Assembly (NCBI GenBank): GCA_028023455.1
Contig: JAQFVV010000003.1
Coordinates: 12,028,001 to 12,092,000, forward strand
DNA: 64,000 nucleotides
Source of the DNA: Epiperipatus broadwayi
Taxonomy: Eukaryota; Animalia; Onychophora
Reading direction: 5' to 3'
Of this stretch, positions 53,001 to 64,000 are shown one piece after another (position 1 is the stretch's first letter; each line of letters opens with the position of its first letter). The translations under genes were made by a program, and so were the position numbers. The notes under the pieces are model-generated. The model saw nothing but the letters and a program-made list of their open reading frames with translations, was not told the DNA's origin and did no database searches.

Positions 53001-54260
53001 AATGGGATCTGAGGTAATTGTAATAATCATGGATCACAAGAGCATTGAATTTATAAATCATAGTTTTTTGACAAAGAGCCGTCTGATAAGGTGGAGCTTA
53101 TTTCTCCAAGAGTTTAATTATAGTGTACAGTATTGCAGAGTGACAGAATATGGTAGTGGATACATTAAGCCCTTATTCAGCTTCCCATGACCAACAGCAT
53201 TTAAGTTGTGATAATTGCCTCATTGTAGACATGAATGCGAGTCAATAGAAAATGACCTCCAGCATTTAAGGGAAAAGACAAAGAGAAGACTGACTGCTGG
53301 CAAGTAATAGAATATTTGCATAAACAACCCATAAAAGGAAACAAAAACAACCCTCTGTGGAGAGATAGAAAGGGTTATTGCATTAAAGCGGCATTATTAC
53401 AATACAAAAAGGGGAGGGGAAACAATAACACAGATCTCTGTGGTCTTGCGGAGGCAGCTAATTGAATATGTACATGGGTATTACAGAGCAAGTAAAATTG
53501 AGGATTGGTTAAAGCCATTGGTTTTACTGGCCAGGGATGTGTGCCAGCATTCTAATCATCGAAAACGTGAGTTGTTTAAAAACAAAACCACTTAACACAT
53601 ATATAGGCCCGCTAGTGTTATTCAATCTCTATGACCAAATAACCTGATACCTAATGACATTTTGGCCCCATTGGAGTTTCAGAGAAAATTATCTTTGATT
53701 ATGGAACTCCTTTATTTCAGAAGAATAGAAGAAATGAGTCAACAAGCCCAAAATAAAACGTTCTCACATCAATTCACAACTCTCAGTCTAACATGTGTGA
53801 GTGAATCATGTGGGAGTTAGGGCAGTTATTTAGGCTGTATTTGAACAATAATCACCAAGAATGGGTTAAGAAAATTCCCTAGATTGTTAACATGATAAAT
53901 TTGTCCAGAAATGAATTCATCAGTTTTGAGTCCATCCGGCTCCATTTTGGAAAAATATACCATACCCTTTTAAAACTAAATTATTGGTGGACTCATTTCC
54001 TGTGGATATGGACAGGGATGCTAGTCAAGCTCAGGAAAATGGGAAAACTAAAATGGAAGAAACGAAAATAAATAATAAATTTATGCTAGGCGATAGCGGT
54101 ATGATAAGAGTTAGCCCTGTAAGCCACCCAGAGGAGCATATATACAAAAGTTCCAGCAAATTTATGAGGATTCGTATATTATAGTATACCAATATGACAA
54201 TAATGTATTTGTCATGGCAAAGAACAAAGTGGAGAAAGGAACTTATAATGCTCGATCACT
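50050..54260 (+). pseudogene. Decayed Gypsy gag-pol
   Basis: Capsid-like LQGTSQVWW...YKKSLLASYW (50647-50829), protease LLDSGSQLSV (about 51455-51485), RT VMYVDDILL (about 52400-52425), RNase H LIRWSLFLQEFNY (about 53080-53120) and integrase C-terminal relics. Confidence 0.85.
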
Positions 54261-54589
54261 AAAATTAATAGTATTTGAGTATTAACTAAGTTATGATGTA
54301 CTACACAACCCACCGGTAGATATAAACGACGAAGAACCAAAACAATGTCATGACAACTGAAACATTGGCATGACTAATCGATAGAAGCAGTCATGGTGTT
54401 TTCGTGGTCACCTTCGAGATTTTAAAATACTTGGGTGAATTCTGGGTAAATATCTGTCTTTTACCTGCTTGCATTGACCAAGTGAGATGCGTTTTTTTTA
54501 CAGTGTCTGATCCGCCATTGTAAGAATTGAATATTTTTTGATTGCTTATTTTATATTTTTGATTGTTGATCTACTGCTGATTTTATTTA

Positions 54590-54690
54590 CTAATTTTATC
54601 AAATTTTATTACTAATTTATCAAATTGAATTTCTAATTTATCAAATTTTATTATTAATTTATCTAATTGTATTACTAATTACCATTTATG
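54590..54690 (+). repeat. AT-rich minisatellite, about 22-bp unit (ctaattttatcaaattttatta), 4-5 copies
   Basis: Seen directly. Confidence 0.75.
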
Positions 54691-54879
54691 ACTAATTAAC
54701 CAAAATGTCTGTGCAAAAACCAAGAAAAGGGACTTACCGAAGTAGAAAAAGTGATTGAATTTCAGTATCGCACTATCTCATAAAGCCAGTTATTTGTAGT
54801 TCATAATTGAGAACAATTTGCTTTTTTTTTTTTTTGTAAAATGTAAATAATTATTTAAATACTATTAAAAATTATAATG

Positions 54880-55745
54880 ATTAGTTCATTTCTTTGTTTG
54901 AGGGTGAAATGATTAGTTAAATATCATTCTAAAAATTATAATGATTATTTATAATATTCGTTTTTGCTAAACTTTTTATCGTAGTTTATTAATAGTTATT
55001 ATTTCGCAATAGCCAACATGGCGACATCTTTTTCTTTGGTATTAACTAATCTTGCGATTATAATATTTATTTTTGATATGTTATTGTAATAAAATTATTA
55101 TTACTTATTGCATTTTTTATTGGAGTAAATTATTACTGCTGTTCTTGAACAATAAATGCGTCTCATTTTTGGACTGAAAATTAGAAAAGATCTTTCGAAC
55201 AATTAGTTAAATATTCCTCAAAAAAATTGTAATGATTATTTGTAATATATTCATTTTTGATAATTTTCTATCGTTTTCAGGTTCAAATAATTAGTTTTTA
55301 AATAGCGTTAAAAATATTGTTAATGATTATTTATAATATTCATTTTTGATAATTTTTTATCGTAGTAAATTTTCAGTTATTATTTCGCAACGGCTTCTAG
55401 TCTGAAAATATATATATGATTACTTAATTTCTTTGTTTCCAGGGGGGGGGGTAGAATGATTTCTTAAATATCCCTAAAAAACTATAGATGATTTTATAAT
55501 ATTCCATTTTTGATAACTTTTTCCTATTTTTATGGTCAAATGATTATTTAAATATCAGTAAAAATTGTAGATGATTATTTATAATATTCCAATTTTGATA
55601 ACTTTTTATCATTTACATGGTCAAATGATTATTTAATTATCGTTAAAAATTGTAATGATTATTTATAATATTTCATTTTTGATAATTTTTGTCGTAGTAA
55701 ATTATTATTTTATTATTTCGCAAAGACCAACATGGCGACATTGGA
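54880..55745 (+). repeat. Degenerate tandem array, about 65-70-bp unit (tgattatttataatattcatttttgataatttttatcg), organised in blocks
   Basis: The unit recurs at least 7 times. The first and last blocks end in tatttcgcaa..ccaacatggcgac (about 55003-55025 and 55715-55740). Confidence 0.75.
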
Positions 55746-55757
55746 CGTCTCCTTCCC

Positions 55758-55951
55758 TATTAACTATGCTATGACGTACTACCCCAAGGGCACACTATTC
55801 TAATCTTGCGATCTTCAAGGTGACTTCTCCACGTGATCTGCGGGCAAACTATTGATTAAGTTTGTTTGCAAATCATTAGGAGACGTTATCTTAAAGATCG
55901 TAAGATTAGAATAGTATGAGTTCGGTGTAGTACGTCATAGCTTAGTTAATA
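55758..55951. mobile_element. 194-bp hairpin element (MITE-like) with TA flanks
   Basis: Arms of about 93 bp pair along their whole length around an 8-nt loop (ATTGATTA). There is no hammerhead core. Confidence 0.75.
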
Positions 55952-56219
55952 CTCAAGTATCAAATTAATTAAAAGAAAAAGGGAACCGCCTGACAAAACC
56001 TAAATGGGTCAAAATAATTGGACAGATCTTCAGATGATGAAAAAAGAAAGAAAATAGTATTGTCATCAGACCATGAGTTAGTAAACCAATTTAACCACCA
56101 TGAGTTAGGAAAACAATTTAACAGCAGTGAAAAAAAAAAACCAAACAAATAATATCAAATATCAGAGCTAAAATAGATCAAATTGATGCATTTTACCTCA
56201 AACTGGGGTGGGTGGGTGA

Positions 56220-56681
56220 TTTAAAGCTCGCAACATATATGTTGTAAAAACACACATATATATACATTATATGTTTTAATAATAAAAAAAATATATGAAG
56301 AAAAAAAAAGCTTAAAAATGGATTTTAAGAATGAATTAAAAATATTGCATCATATTTTTTTTAGAATAGATTTTTTATTAAGAATAAGGGTGGGGAAAGA
56401 TAATTTTATTAGAATAAAGATTCAGAACCTGCTCTCCTCTTTTTATAATTGAAAAAATAAATAAATAAATAAATGTTATAATGGAAAAAATGTTAAAAGA
56501 AAACTTTCAATAAACAATAAAATTAATTAATGAAAAACATCTTGTTAATTATCTCATAGGCAGGAATGCACTTAAATTTTGGAAAGATTCTTTGGCTGAT
56601 AAGATAGTGGATGAATCTAAGAAAGATTAGATAAATGAGTGTAAATTTAATTAAAAACCAAAATTAAATTTTTTGATAAAA
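56220..56681 (+). repeat. 3' LTR, first part, preceded by PPT-like GGGGTGGGTGGG (about 56205-56216)
   Basis: Aligns to 47983-48428. Confidence 0.8.
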
Positions 56682-56866
56682 CACTCGTTCTAAGCTCTGG
56701 ATGATTCAGATTTATTTTATAGTGCGATGTTACAATAATTGTAAATCTTAGGTAAGTATCCTCCTTTTTTTAATCGTTTAAAGTGACTCTTAATAAAGAA
56801 CAATTAATTTTTACCTCTACGTTTGAATATAATTTCATTCGTTTTTTTTATCATTATCAATCTTGA

Positions 56867-59431
56867 ATGGCGACTATCGTAAAAGACCCTATTAGTAAGA
56901 GTAGTGGGAGAAAAAATCCGGTTAACACTAAATCTCAACAAAAAGATTCAAAATTGAATCAAAAACATGTCATGGCTTATCCAAATCCGGTCAGACCAAA
57001 GAAAACCACTCAATTTAAAAGTCCCAATATGCGAAACATGCCAGTAGTGCCTGAAAGAGAAAGATTTATACATACATCTTTGCCGGAAACCTCAGTAAAA
57101 CTGGCTAAGGGTAACGTGGAAGTAGATCCAAAGAATAATAAACTTCCACGTGGACCTGGAGGTCTAAACCGCCCTTGTTTGGAAGATCTCGTCCTCCCCT
57201 GCAAAACAATACCAGGCTCACCAAAATCGCTAACTTCCAAGGTAAGTTACATAAATAAATCCGCTGAAAATCTGCTTTTTCAAAGCGAGCACTCAATTCC
57301 GGGAGTTGAGAAATGCGGCAAAACTTTGCAGTTGAAAAAAATACAATTTCCTATAATTTCGAACTCAGTTTTTCTTGGGAACAATATGTATTCCGACATA
57401 CCCTACATAACAAAAAAAGAACCGGATTTTTCTGGGATCTGGAATGAAAGTTATGAGGGAAAAACCAATGTAGAGGTGGCGCCATCAAAAAAAAATCTCA
57501 AGAATCACTCAAAAATCACAACGAAGTCAATAGAAATGCCAATACACATGCCATAGCTTCAAAAAAGGCTCATTTGATGGGGTGGCCCCACCTCCAGCCA
57601 TATATCACCCTGGCCCCAATATAAATACCGAATGCAAAAATTTTTCTAACCTTTTTTCAAATAATGTCGTACCACCTAACCTCCCCATATTATCTAACAC
57701 CCCTACATCAGTTGGATCTTCCTTGAGGAGTCCAACCCACACACTTCCATCTAGTGTATCAAATAAGGACAAGCAATTGAAGTATAATAGTGTTGATCAA
57801 TTTCCAACTCTTTCCCCACAGAAAATACCCAACCTTGGAGGACCCAGTCAGTACCCAGAGGAAAGCTTTCCAAGGCCCACCCCAGCATCCTACGCCAACA
57901 TTGCTGCCCGAAGTATCTCAGGACCTCGATCTATATCTGCTGGCTTCCCTGCTGTTGATAACACCCAAGTTGGCGAATCTTCTGGAATCTTTGGCAGAGC
58001 TCTACAAATAATGGGCAAAACTCATACAACCCCCAAAGAAGTAAGGGAAGACATACCTCCTTATGATAACCCTAGTAACTACAAGTGTGATCTATCTAAA
58101 CACACACTGATCAATGACAAATTTAATCAATGAATTCCACCTCTCCTTAAGAAATCTTTTAACATTTATAAGGATGATAAGACTCTGATTCTGGCTGTCA
58201 CAGATGACAACATCCACCTATTTAAATTCCCTGTTCAATCACTTTTCGAATTATTCACTACACTTGGCACCTGGGCTCGGTATATAAGGTATTGTTTCAC
58301 CCTAATGACAGGTATGTGGCCATTCAGTTCAACAACATTATGGCCAAGGAGTCATTCCATAATGGCCAGAAGAGTCTATTTGGCCGATATCTGATAACCA
58401 TAGACCCGGATATGCCGAGCTCCATTGATGGCTATATCAGGAATTGTGGTGTAAACTTCAGCAAGGTCATTGCATTGAATAAAGGGATTTCAGCAAGGTC
58501 ATTGCATTGAATAAAGGGATTTCTCCACTCAATTTACCTGGGCTTATTGAGCTCATTGGTGTTCCACTTTCCATCATTCTCTGGGGTGTTCCCCCAGTGC
58601 TTCCATTGCAGGGTTAGGGGACACTTCATGAAAGACTGCAGAGATCAAAGCCGCATACAATGTGGACTTATTAGCCAGGGACCACATCAATGTCACTCTA
58701 AATATAGTACATCACCAGTCCAGCCCACCTTGGGCCCACCCCTCAGGGGCCTTCTGGGGATCAGCCCCCTGGACTTCCTGACTGTCAATCTGACAGGACT
58801 CGCCATTCTCCTGACCCCATATATGCTGCAGGAGGTTTTGGGGAGGGCTTTTCATGCAATTTGGTTGTAGAATCAATGGAGAGCCAATCTGATAACCTGC
58901 CTGTAAATGTATCAATGGTAGATTCCCGACTACCGATGACCAACTCACTAGAGGAGGAAGGATTCATTACAGCAGTCTTAAAGAAAAGGAAGAGAAAAAA
59001 ACCAAAAACACCATTAGACTCTCCTGACCGGTCAACATTGGATTCAGAATCCCTAACGGTAGATGACCTTCTGGGCCTTTTTGATCCCTGTAATCCAGGT
59101 AGCAATCAACTTTTCCCTCAAGAAAAAAAGGTGCGGTGCTCCTCCCCACTGATGGCTGGGTCTCCACTGGGGGACCCCCCTAAAACAATTAATGAGACAG
59201 GTACCTATTTCTCTCACCCCGGAAATATGTGATGAGTTCGCCCTCCGGGTTGAGGGTTTTTTCCCCTCATCTACTAACAGTGATTGTGATGACAGCCCTG
59301 GTCCAGACTATGACTCAATACGGTTAGAAACTATACCAGTGCCTGACGATCCTTTACAGAATCCAATGGTTTCCCCTGTGCCCCCAAGTCTGACTGATCC
59401 ACTGGAACCACTTGATCGACCAACCAAATAA
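56867..59431 (+). pseudogene. LINE ORF1, fragmented: long Pro/Ser-rich N-terminus and CCHC knuckle
   Basis: Chain of + strand ORFs. CFHCRVRGHFMKDC lies in ORF 58547-58870. The last fragment stops 2 nt before the ORF2 ATG. Confidence 0.7.
58457..58520 (+). repeat. Exact 32-bp tandem duplication inside LINE ORF1
   Basis: ttcagcaaggtcattgcattgaataaagggat occurs twice in tandem. Confidence 0.95.
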
Positions 59432-59433
59432 CC

Positions 59434-62400
59434 ATGCTCAAGATACTCTGTCAATGTAAGGGGCCTGAACTCACGGGATAGGGCATATGCCTTATCATAT
59501 TGGTTCCATAGACAGGCCCCAGATATTCTGTGCTTATCAGAAACGAAGGTACACCTCCGGACAGACCATCGTGTGATTCAACTAATCGAAGAATTCGGCT
59601 TCTTCCACCTCATTTTCTTCTGCCGCATTAGGAGGCATGGCTCTCATAATTAATAAAAAGTCACCAATAGCCCTATTCAAAATGTTATACATAGACTCTC
59701 ACTGCCTGATAGCGATCTTCCAATTTCATGGATGGTTCTTCAATCTAATAAATCTATACCTACCCAAAAACCCAGACATCATAATCAAAGTTATCCACTC
59801 CATCAATGCAACTCTCAGAACAAGCCCGCTTCCCACATTAATTACAGGTGATTTCAATCAATCCTACCTTTCCTTCAGTAACAAGTACATAAAATTCCTT
59901 CATCTGTCCATGATAAGTGGAGAAAGCCTTTTTCTGGAAGGGGCATCCTCATTTTATACAAGGCATACATGTTCCCTAATAGACCTGGTTTTTTTCCTCC
60001 TGTGATGGTGGGATCGATTGAAGCCCATCTCTGGCCCAATGCCTCTCCGACCATTTGGCAATGGAAATCCGACTCAGGTATCAAAATAACATAATTCCAA
60101 CAATCAATTATCCCCGCACTATGAGGATGCTGACTAGATCGAATATTACGACCCAACTGGTCTCTGAGGCCTATATTGCATTCCACCATCTAGAGATCAT
60201 GTCAATTCCTCCTGTGGAGGCATGGATGGCCTTTGTTAAAACGCTAGGCTATCTAATAAATCAATGTGCCTTTAAAACCAAGGGTCCAATCTGACTTGGC
60301 TGAGCTGGACAGAATTGCCAGAATTCTGCACAACCTGTCTCTTGGGGAGCAGAATATCCCGCACATTATTCACTTGAAAGCAAAATAGAAATCAGCACAG
60401 TCTTCCCTTGCTGAGTACCTTGCAATTAAGAGGGCTCGTCAATACCTACAACATCAACATTGCTGGACCAGAGGGTACCTTTGCTGGGCCCTTGGCTTAG
60501 GCAAAAGATCCCGAGCCCCCACATCGATTGAGGTACAAGGAAACTGCTACTCTGGCTCTTCCATGTTGGCCAGAATCAGGGAGTTTTATTCCCTAAAATG
60601 GGATAACTAGTGCCCGGAAAAAATTTGCTTCGGTCGACACTGCTCCACATAAGATTACGGAAGGGCGAATTCTACAGAGACTAAGGTCCCTCCTGGACAA
60701 GGTCCTTCCTGGCCTGCATGGAATTCCAAAATTTTTTTTTATTCCATCTGCGCACGTTTACGGTACCAATTATGCTAAACATCATAAATTTCCTTGCTAA
60801 TGACAGTCGGGAAGCCTTGGACATATGTCCAATCACTATGGTCCCCTCATCAAGAACCCTGAGGGTCCACTGGTTCTCGAGAACCTTCGACCTATTTCTG
60901 TGGTGCCGCTTATGATAAAGGTTATTGAGGGCCTTATAAAAGAAGACATCCAAGATAACATAATAGAATACCTCTCTCCTTATCAATTCGCAAAAAAAAG
61001 GTTGCTCAACTGCTGATGCTGTCAGCCGATTTCGCCTCATCGTTGACCATGTTCGCAGGAGAAGAAAATCCCAGCCAGTCATGGTTCAGCTTGACTTTGC
61101 TGGAGCTTTTGACTGCGTCAGAATTGACATATTGCTTGGTATGCTGGAGAGGCTCAAAGTGCCCAAGGCATACCTTCAGATTATAGAGAACCTCCTTTTT
61201 CTCTCATTGGATGGCAGATTATCTCCAGGATTTAGGCCCTGTGTTTCCATCCCACAGGGCTTACCACTGAGCATCCTTCTCTTCACAGCCTATGTGAACC
61301 CGCTGCTTCTAAGCATCGAGGCTGCTCTCCCAGGGATAGCCATTCCTGTGCTTGGAGAGTGCATATGCCACATTACCTATAGGGACGATGTGGTGGTGTT
61401 TCTCTCCTCTGGCAGGGAGCTTGCATGACTTGGAGAGCTCAGTTTGCTCGCGTATTCGGTCTTGGGGTCAACGAACGGAAATCAACAATGTGGTCCATCC
61501 TGACGGGGAAACAAATCCAAGGCAGATTCAAAGCAGCCCCCCAGAGCTTCCTAGGATTCCATCTCGCTTCCCCCTCCCTCAGTCATGAGGAGAGACATGG
61601 AGAGGAAGCTATTCATCAAAATCGAGAAAACAGTTAACTCACTATCAAAAATTTACCTTTCCCTTTTGGGCAAGGTCGCCTTGCTGAATTCGGTAATACT
61701 TCCCAAAATCACATACTACCTGGCCGGCTTTTCACCCACCAACAACTTCATTAAAAGGATCGAGATGCTTTGTAGGAAACTATGCTGGGGGAAGGGCGCC
61801 CTAGTCATCAGCTTAAACATTTTACAGAAGCCTAAACCCCTGAATGGACTGGCCTTACATGCCATTAAAGTCTTCAAAATTCAAAGGACATACAATATTC
61901 TGGTTAGGCTATTGAATTCTCATTCTGACATTGAGTGCCCAGTTCCCATAGAAAGGGTCAAACCTACCGATAAACCTACCGATAGACCCCCACCCAGATT
62001 GAGGAGACTTTGGATCCAACAGCAGGTGACGGATGTCCTATCATGGATCAAGACCTCCAGCTCCCTATTCCAGTCAAAACTTACTTACTGGGACACATAC
62101 TGACTAATGTTTGAGGAGAAAACATGTACCCCCATCTTGCTCTCAATTTTTATCTCCAGACTTGCCAAATGGACACAATTCCTCAGACTTGAGCCAAGTA
62201 CGTAGACTTCCTGCTCAAGGTCAACCTTAAGGCCCTTCCCACAAGGTCCTTTTTATTCCATCATAGAGGCTATAACATCGATACCTTATGTCCAAGAAGG
62301 GCCTTCCCACAAGGTCCTTTTTATTCCATCATAGAGGCTATAACATCGATACCTTATGTCCAATGTGTGGGAAGCAGGAAGAGACCATGGACCACATTCT

Positions 62401-62701
62401 GTTCCATTGTGATTCGTGGTCTTGTCTCCGAGGCATGATTCTGAGGAAAATGTCTGCACCTGACCTGACTTATGTAATGATTCCTCTGGCCTTTGAAAAG
62501 GGGCTTTTTGCCAGAATTCGGCTGGCTTCATTTGTCAACTTCGGGATTTGGACTATACGTTGCAAACTATTGTTTGAAAGTGGGATTGACCATAGTCCCG
62601 AGGACCTCCTTATAAATTTCATACGGAAGGCTAGGGAGATTGACAAGAGGACTTGCCCAGAACAGTTGGTGATTCAGACCTGGGATCAACTAAAAATTTA
62701 A
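59434..62701 (+). pseudogene. LINE ORF2, fragmented: APE, RT and zinc knuckle
   Basis: NVRGLN, PDILCLSETK, ITGDFN, SDHLA, LRPISVVP, DFAGAFDCV, IPQGLPLS, YRDDVVV and CPMCGKQEETMDHILFHC. Confidence 0.9.
62229..62363 (+). repeat. 68-bp-period tandem duplication inside LINE ORF2
   Basis: aagg(c/g)ccttcccacaagg...gataccttatgtccaa occurs twice in tandem. Confidence 0.95.
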
Positions 62702-62938
62702 GTTTTAAGACATTCTGTTTCATTCTATGGACGATGCGTCTGTCCTTGTCAGGATAGATTCTCCCCCTATTGCTGTGATGACAGGGATGGTATGACCGAC
62801 CCCCTAACCATCCTATTTGAACTGTATTCCTGTAAATTCATTGCAAACAATGCTTGTTAACAGCAGCTCTAACTATTACCTGTATACACAAGTATGTACC
62901 TTACTCTATCATTGAATAAAATATATTTTTTGAAAGTA

Positions 62939-64000
62939 AAATTTTGATAAAAGGGGACTATAGGAGAGGTCTGTATAAAAGTGATGGCTGCTCTATTGTT
63001 ATGATTATCATTCCAATTTTGTGTGCTATTGTCAGTCAGAAGCATGAAAAAACCCAAGGAAAGTCATTGCTGAAGATTGAATGGCCAGCTATGGGGAGAA
63101 TCATAAATAAAGGAAACATGCTAACTGCTAAAAGATGATATCACCTTCCCATTAGAAAACTGAGGTAAATATAATATTCTAAGTTGTAAATTTAGTGTCT
63201 AGACATTTTTAAGAGAAAATGGTCTATGAAAATGGACAACTAATGACATTTAAATGCTGATAATTATTGCATGATTATTTATATATTATTTATATTTCCA
63301 TTCTTGCTATTAAAAGGTGTGAAGGTTGCCTTGACAGCAGTTAGAGATATTGGTTGCTGTGAATGTTTAGGTGGTTACTGGTTGGAAACTAATTATATAT
63401 ATATATTGTTATATTAAATATTTGATTATGTGTGCATAGGAATGAAGTTTATTTAAATGATGCTTACTTTTCTCTCTTTTAACTACCTCACCATGATTAT
63501 AAGATTATAATTATTCCTATGTACTCATTAGTAATGCGCTGGATCTCCTGTTCAAGATGTTGGAGCTAGCCTGAGTAAGTTTCAAGTGCTTTGTTCAGTT
63601 GCCTTTCATCCATGCATGCTGCCTATATAAAGTTTATATGACTGGATGGCACCTGAAACTTGTCTCAAAACAGGTAAAGTGCCTTGGATGATGGGCATCA
63701 TCTCATTAGTATGGAGAGTGCTATGGTCAGGAAAAATGGTCAGGGCTGCCGTTCGTATAACCTCAATCTGACCATAGGTGTCATTGATGGTTCGTCTGTC
63801 AATGATATTCTACCCCTCTGCTTGAATGTGTGATCACTAGGGTAATGAGGCAGTAAATAAATACGAAGAGAAATAATAATGTTTGTAGTTTTTAAGCAGT
63901 ACTTTTCTGAATGTCAAAATGTTAATTGTGCACTATGTTGATAAAGATATGGAGTCAGTTAGCAAATGTAGACAGTCAGTTAACAATTGTAGACAGATAA
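62939..64000 (+). repeat. 3' LTR, second part (truncated by the window end)
   Basis: Aligns to 48415-49530, with a deletion of about 170 bp relative to the 5' LTR. Confidence 0.85.

Larger units (their letters stand above)
56682..62938 (+). mobile_element. Full-length, degenerate L1/Tx1-like LINE inserted in the 3' LTR
   Basis: Flanked by AAATTTT(TT)GATAAAA at 56666-56681 and 62939-62952. The uninterrupted 5' LTR has this site once. AATAAA at 62915. Confidence 0.92.
22895..64000 (+). other. egl: Inferred egl intron 1 (at least 41 kb, TE-rich)
   Basis: GTAAGT donor at 22895. I found no HDCRND-coding exon by eye in the rest of the window. Confidence 0.55.
47983..64000 (+). mobile_element. Old long-LTR Ty3/Gypsy element; its 3' LTR is interrupted by a LINE and runs off the window
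   Basis: 5' LTR, decayed tRNA-Lys PBS, gag-pol relics, PPT and a homologous second LTR, in the expected order. Confidence 0.8.

Noticed and set aside
56745-56866. AG|GTAAGT donor in the LINE 5' UTR as a spliced leader intron
   Set aside because: There is no convincing acceptor before the ORF1 ATG.
1309-63138. Numerous short ORFs in the supplied track, such as hydrophobic antisense ORFs over LINEs
   Set aside because: They are shadows of TE coding strands or chance ORFs in AT-rich DNA, with no independent support.
1-64000. CRISPR arrays, rRNA, intact tRNA genes, prokaryotic operons
   Set aside because: None seen. The sequence is eukaryotic, and its tRNA similarity is limited to primer binding sites and a B-box-like fragment.

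Overview
This is AT-rich eukaryotic DNA, most likely arthropod. One host gene is recognisable: the first coding exon of egalitarian (egl, + strand, 21620-22894). It is followed by an intron in which I could not find exon 2 before the window ends. Most other recognisable sequence is transposon-derived: RTE-clade LINEs (one with a 5' inversion, one with a 13-bp TSD), two L1/Tx1-like LINEs, a young near-intact Mag-type Ty3/Gypsy element, an old long-LTR Gypsy element with a nested LINE, solo LTRs, and Penelope-like elements (PLEs). The main discovery is five separate head-to-head inverted repeats (4.5-6.75, 27.6-28.0, 35.1-35.8, 36.7-37.2 and 39.3-47.0 kb). Each carries a type I hammerhead ribozyme motif in both arms, and the motif differs in every palindrome. 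Two palindromes retain PLE RT and GIY-YIG coding remnants. The other three are non-coding, look like MITEs, and would be missed as ribozyme elements. All alignments and folds were done by eye and are uncomputed.
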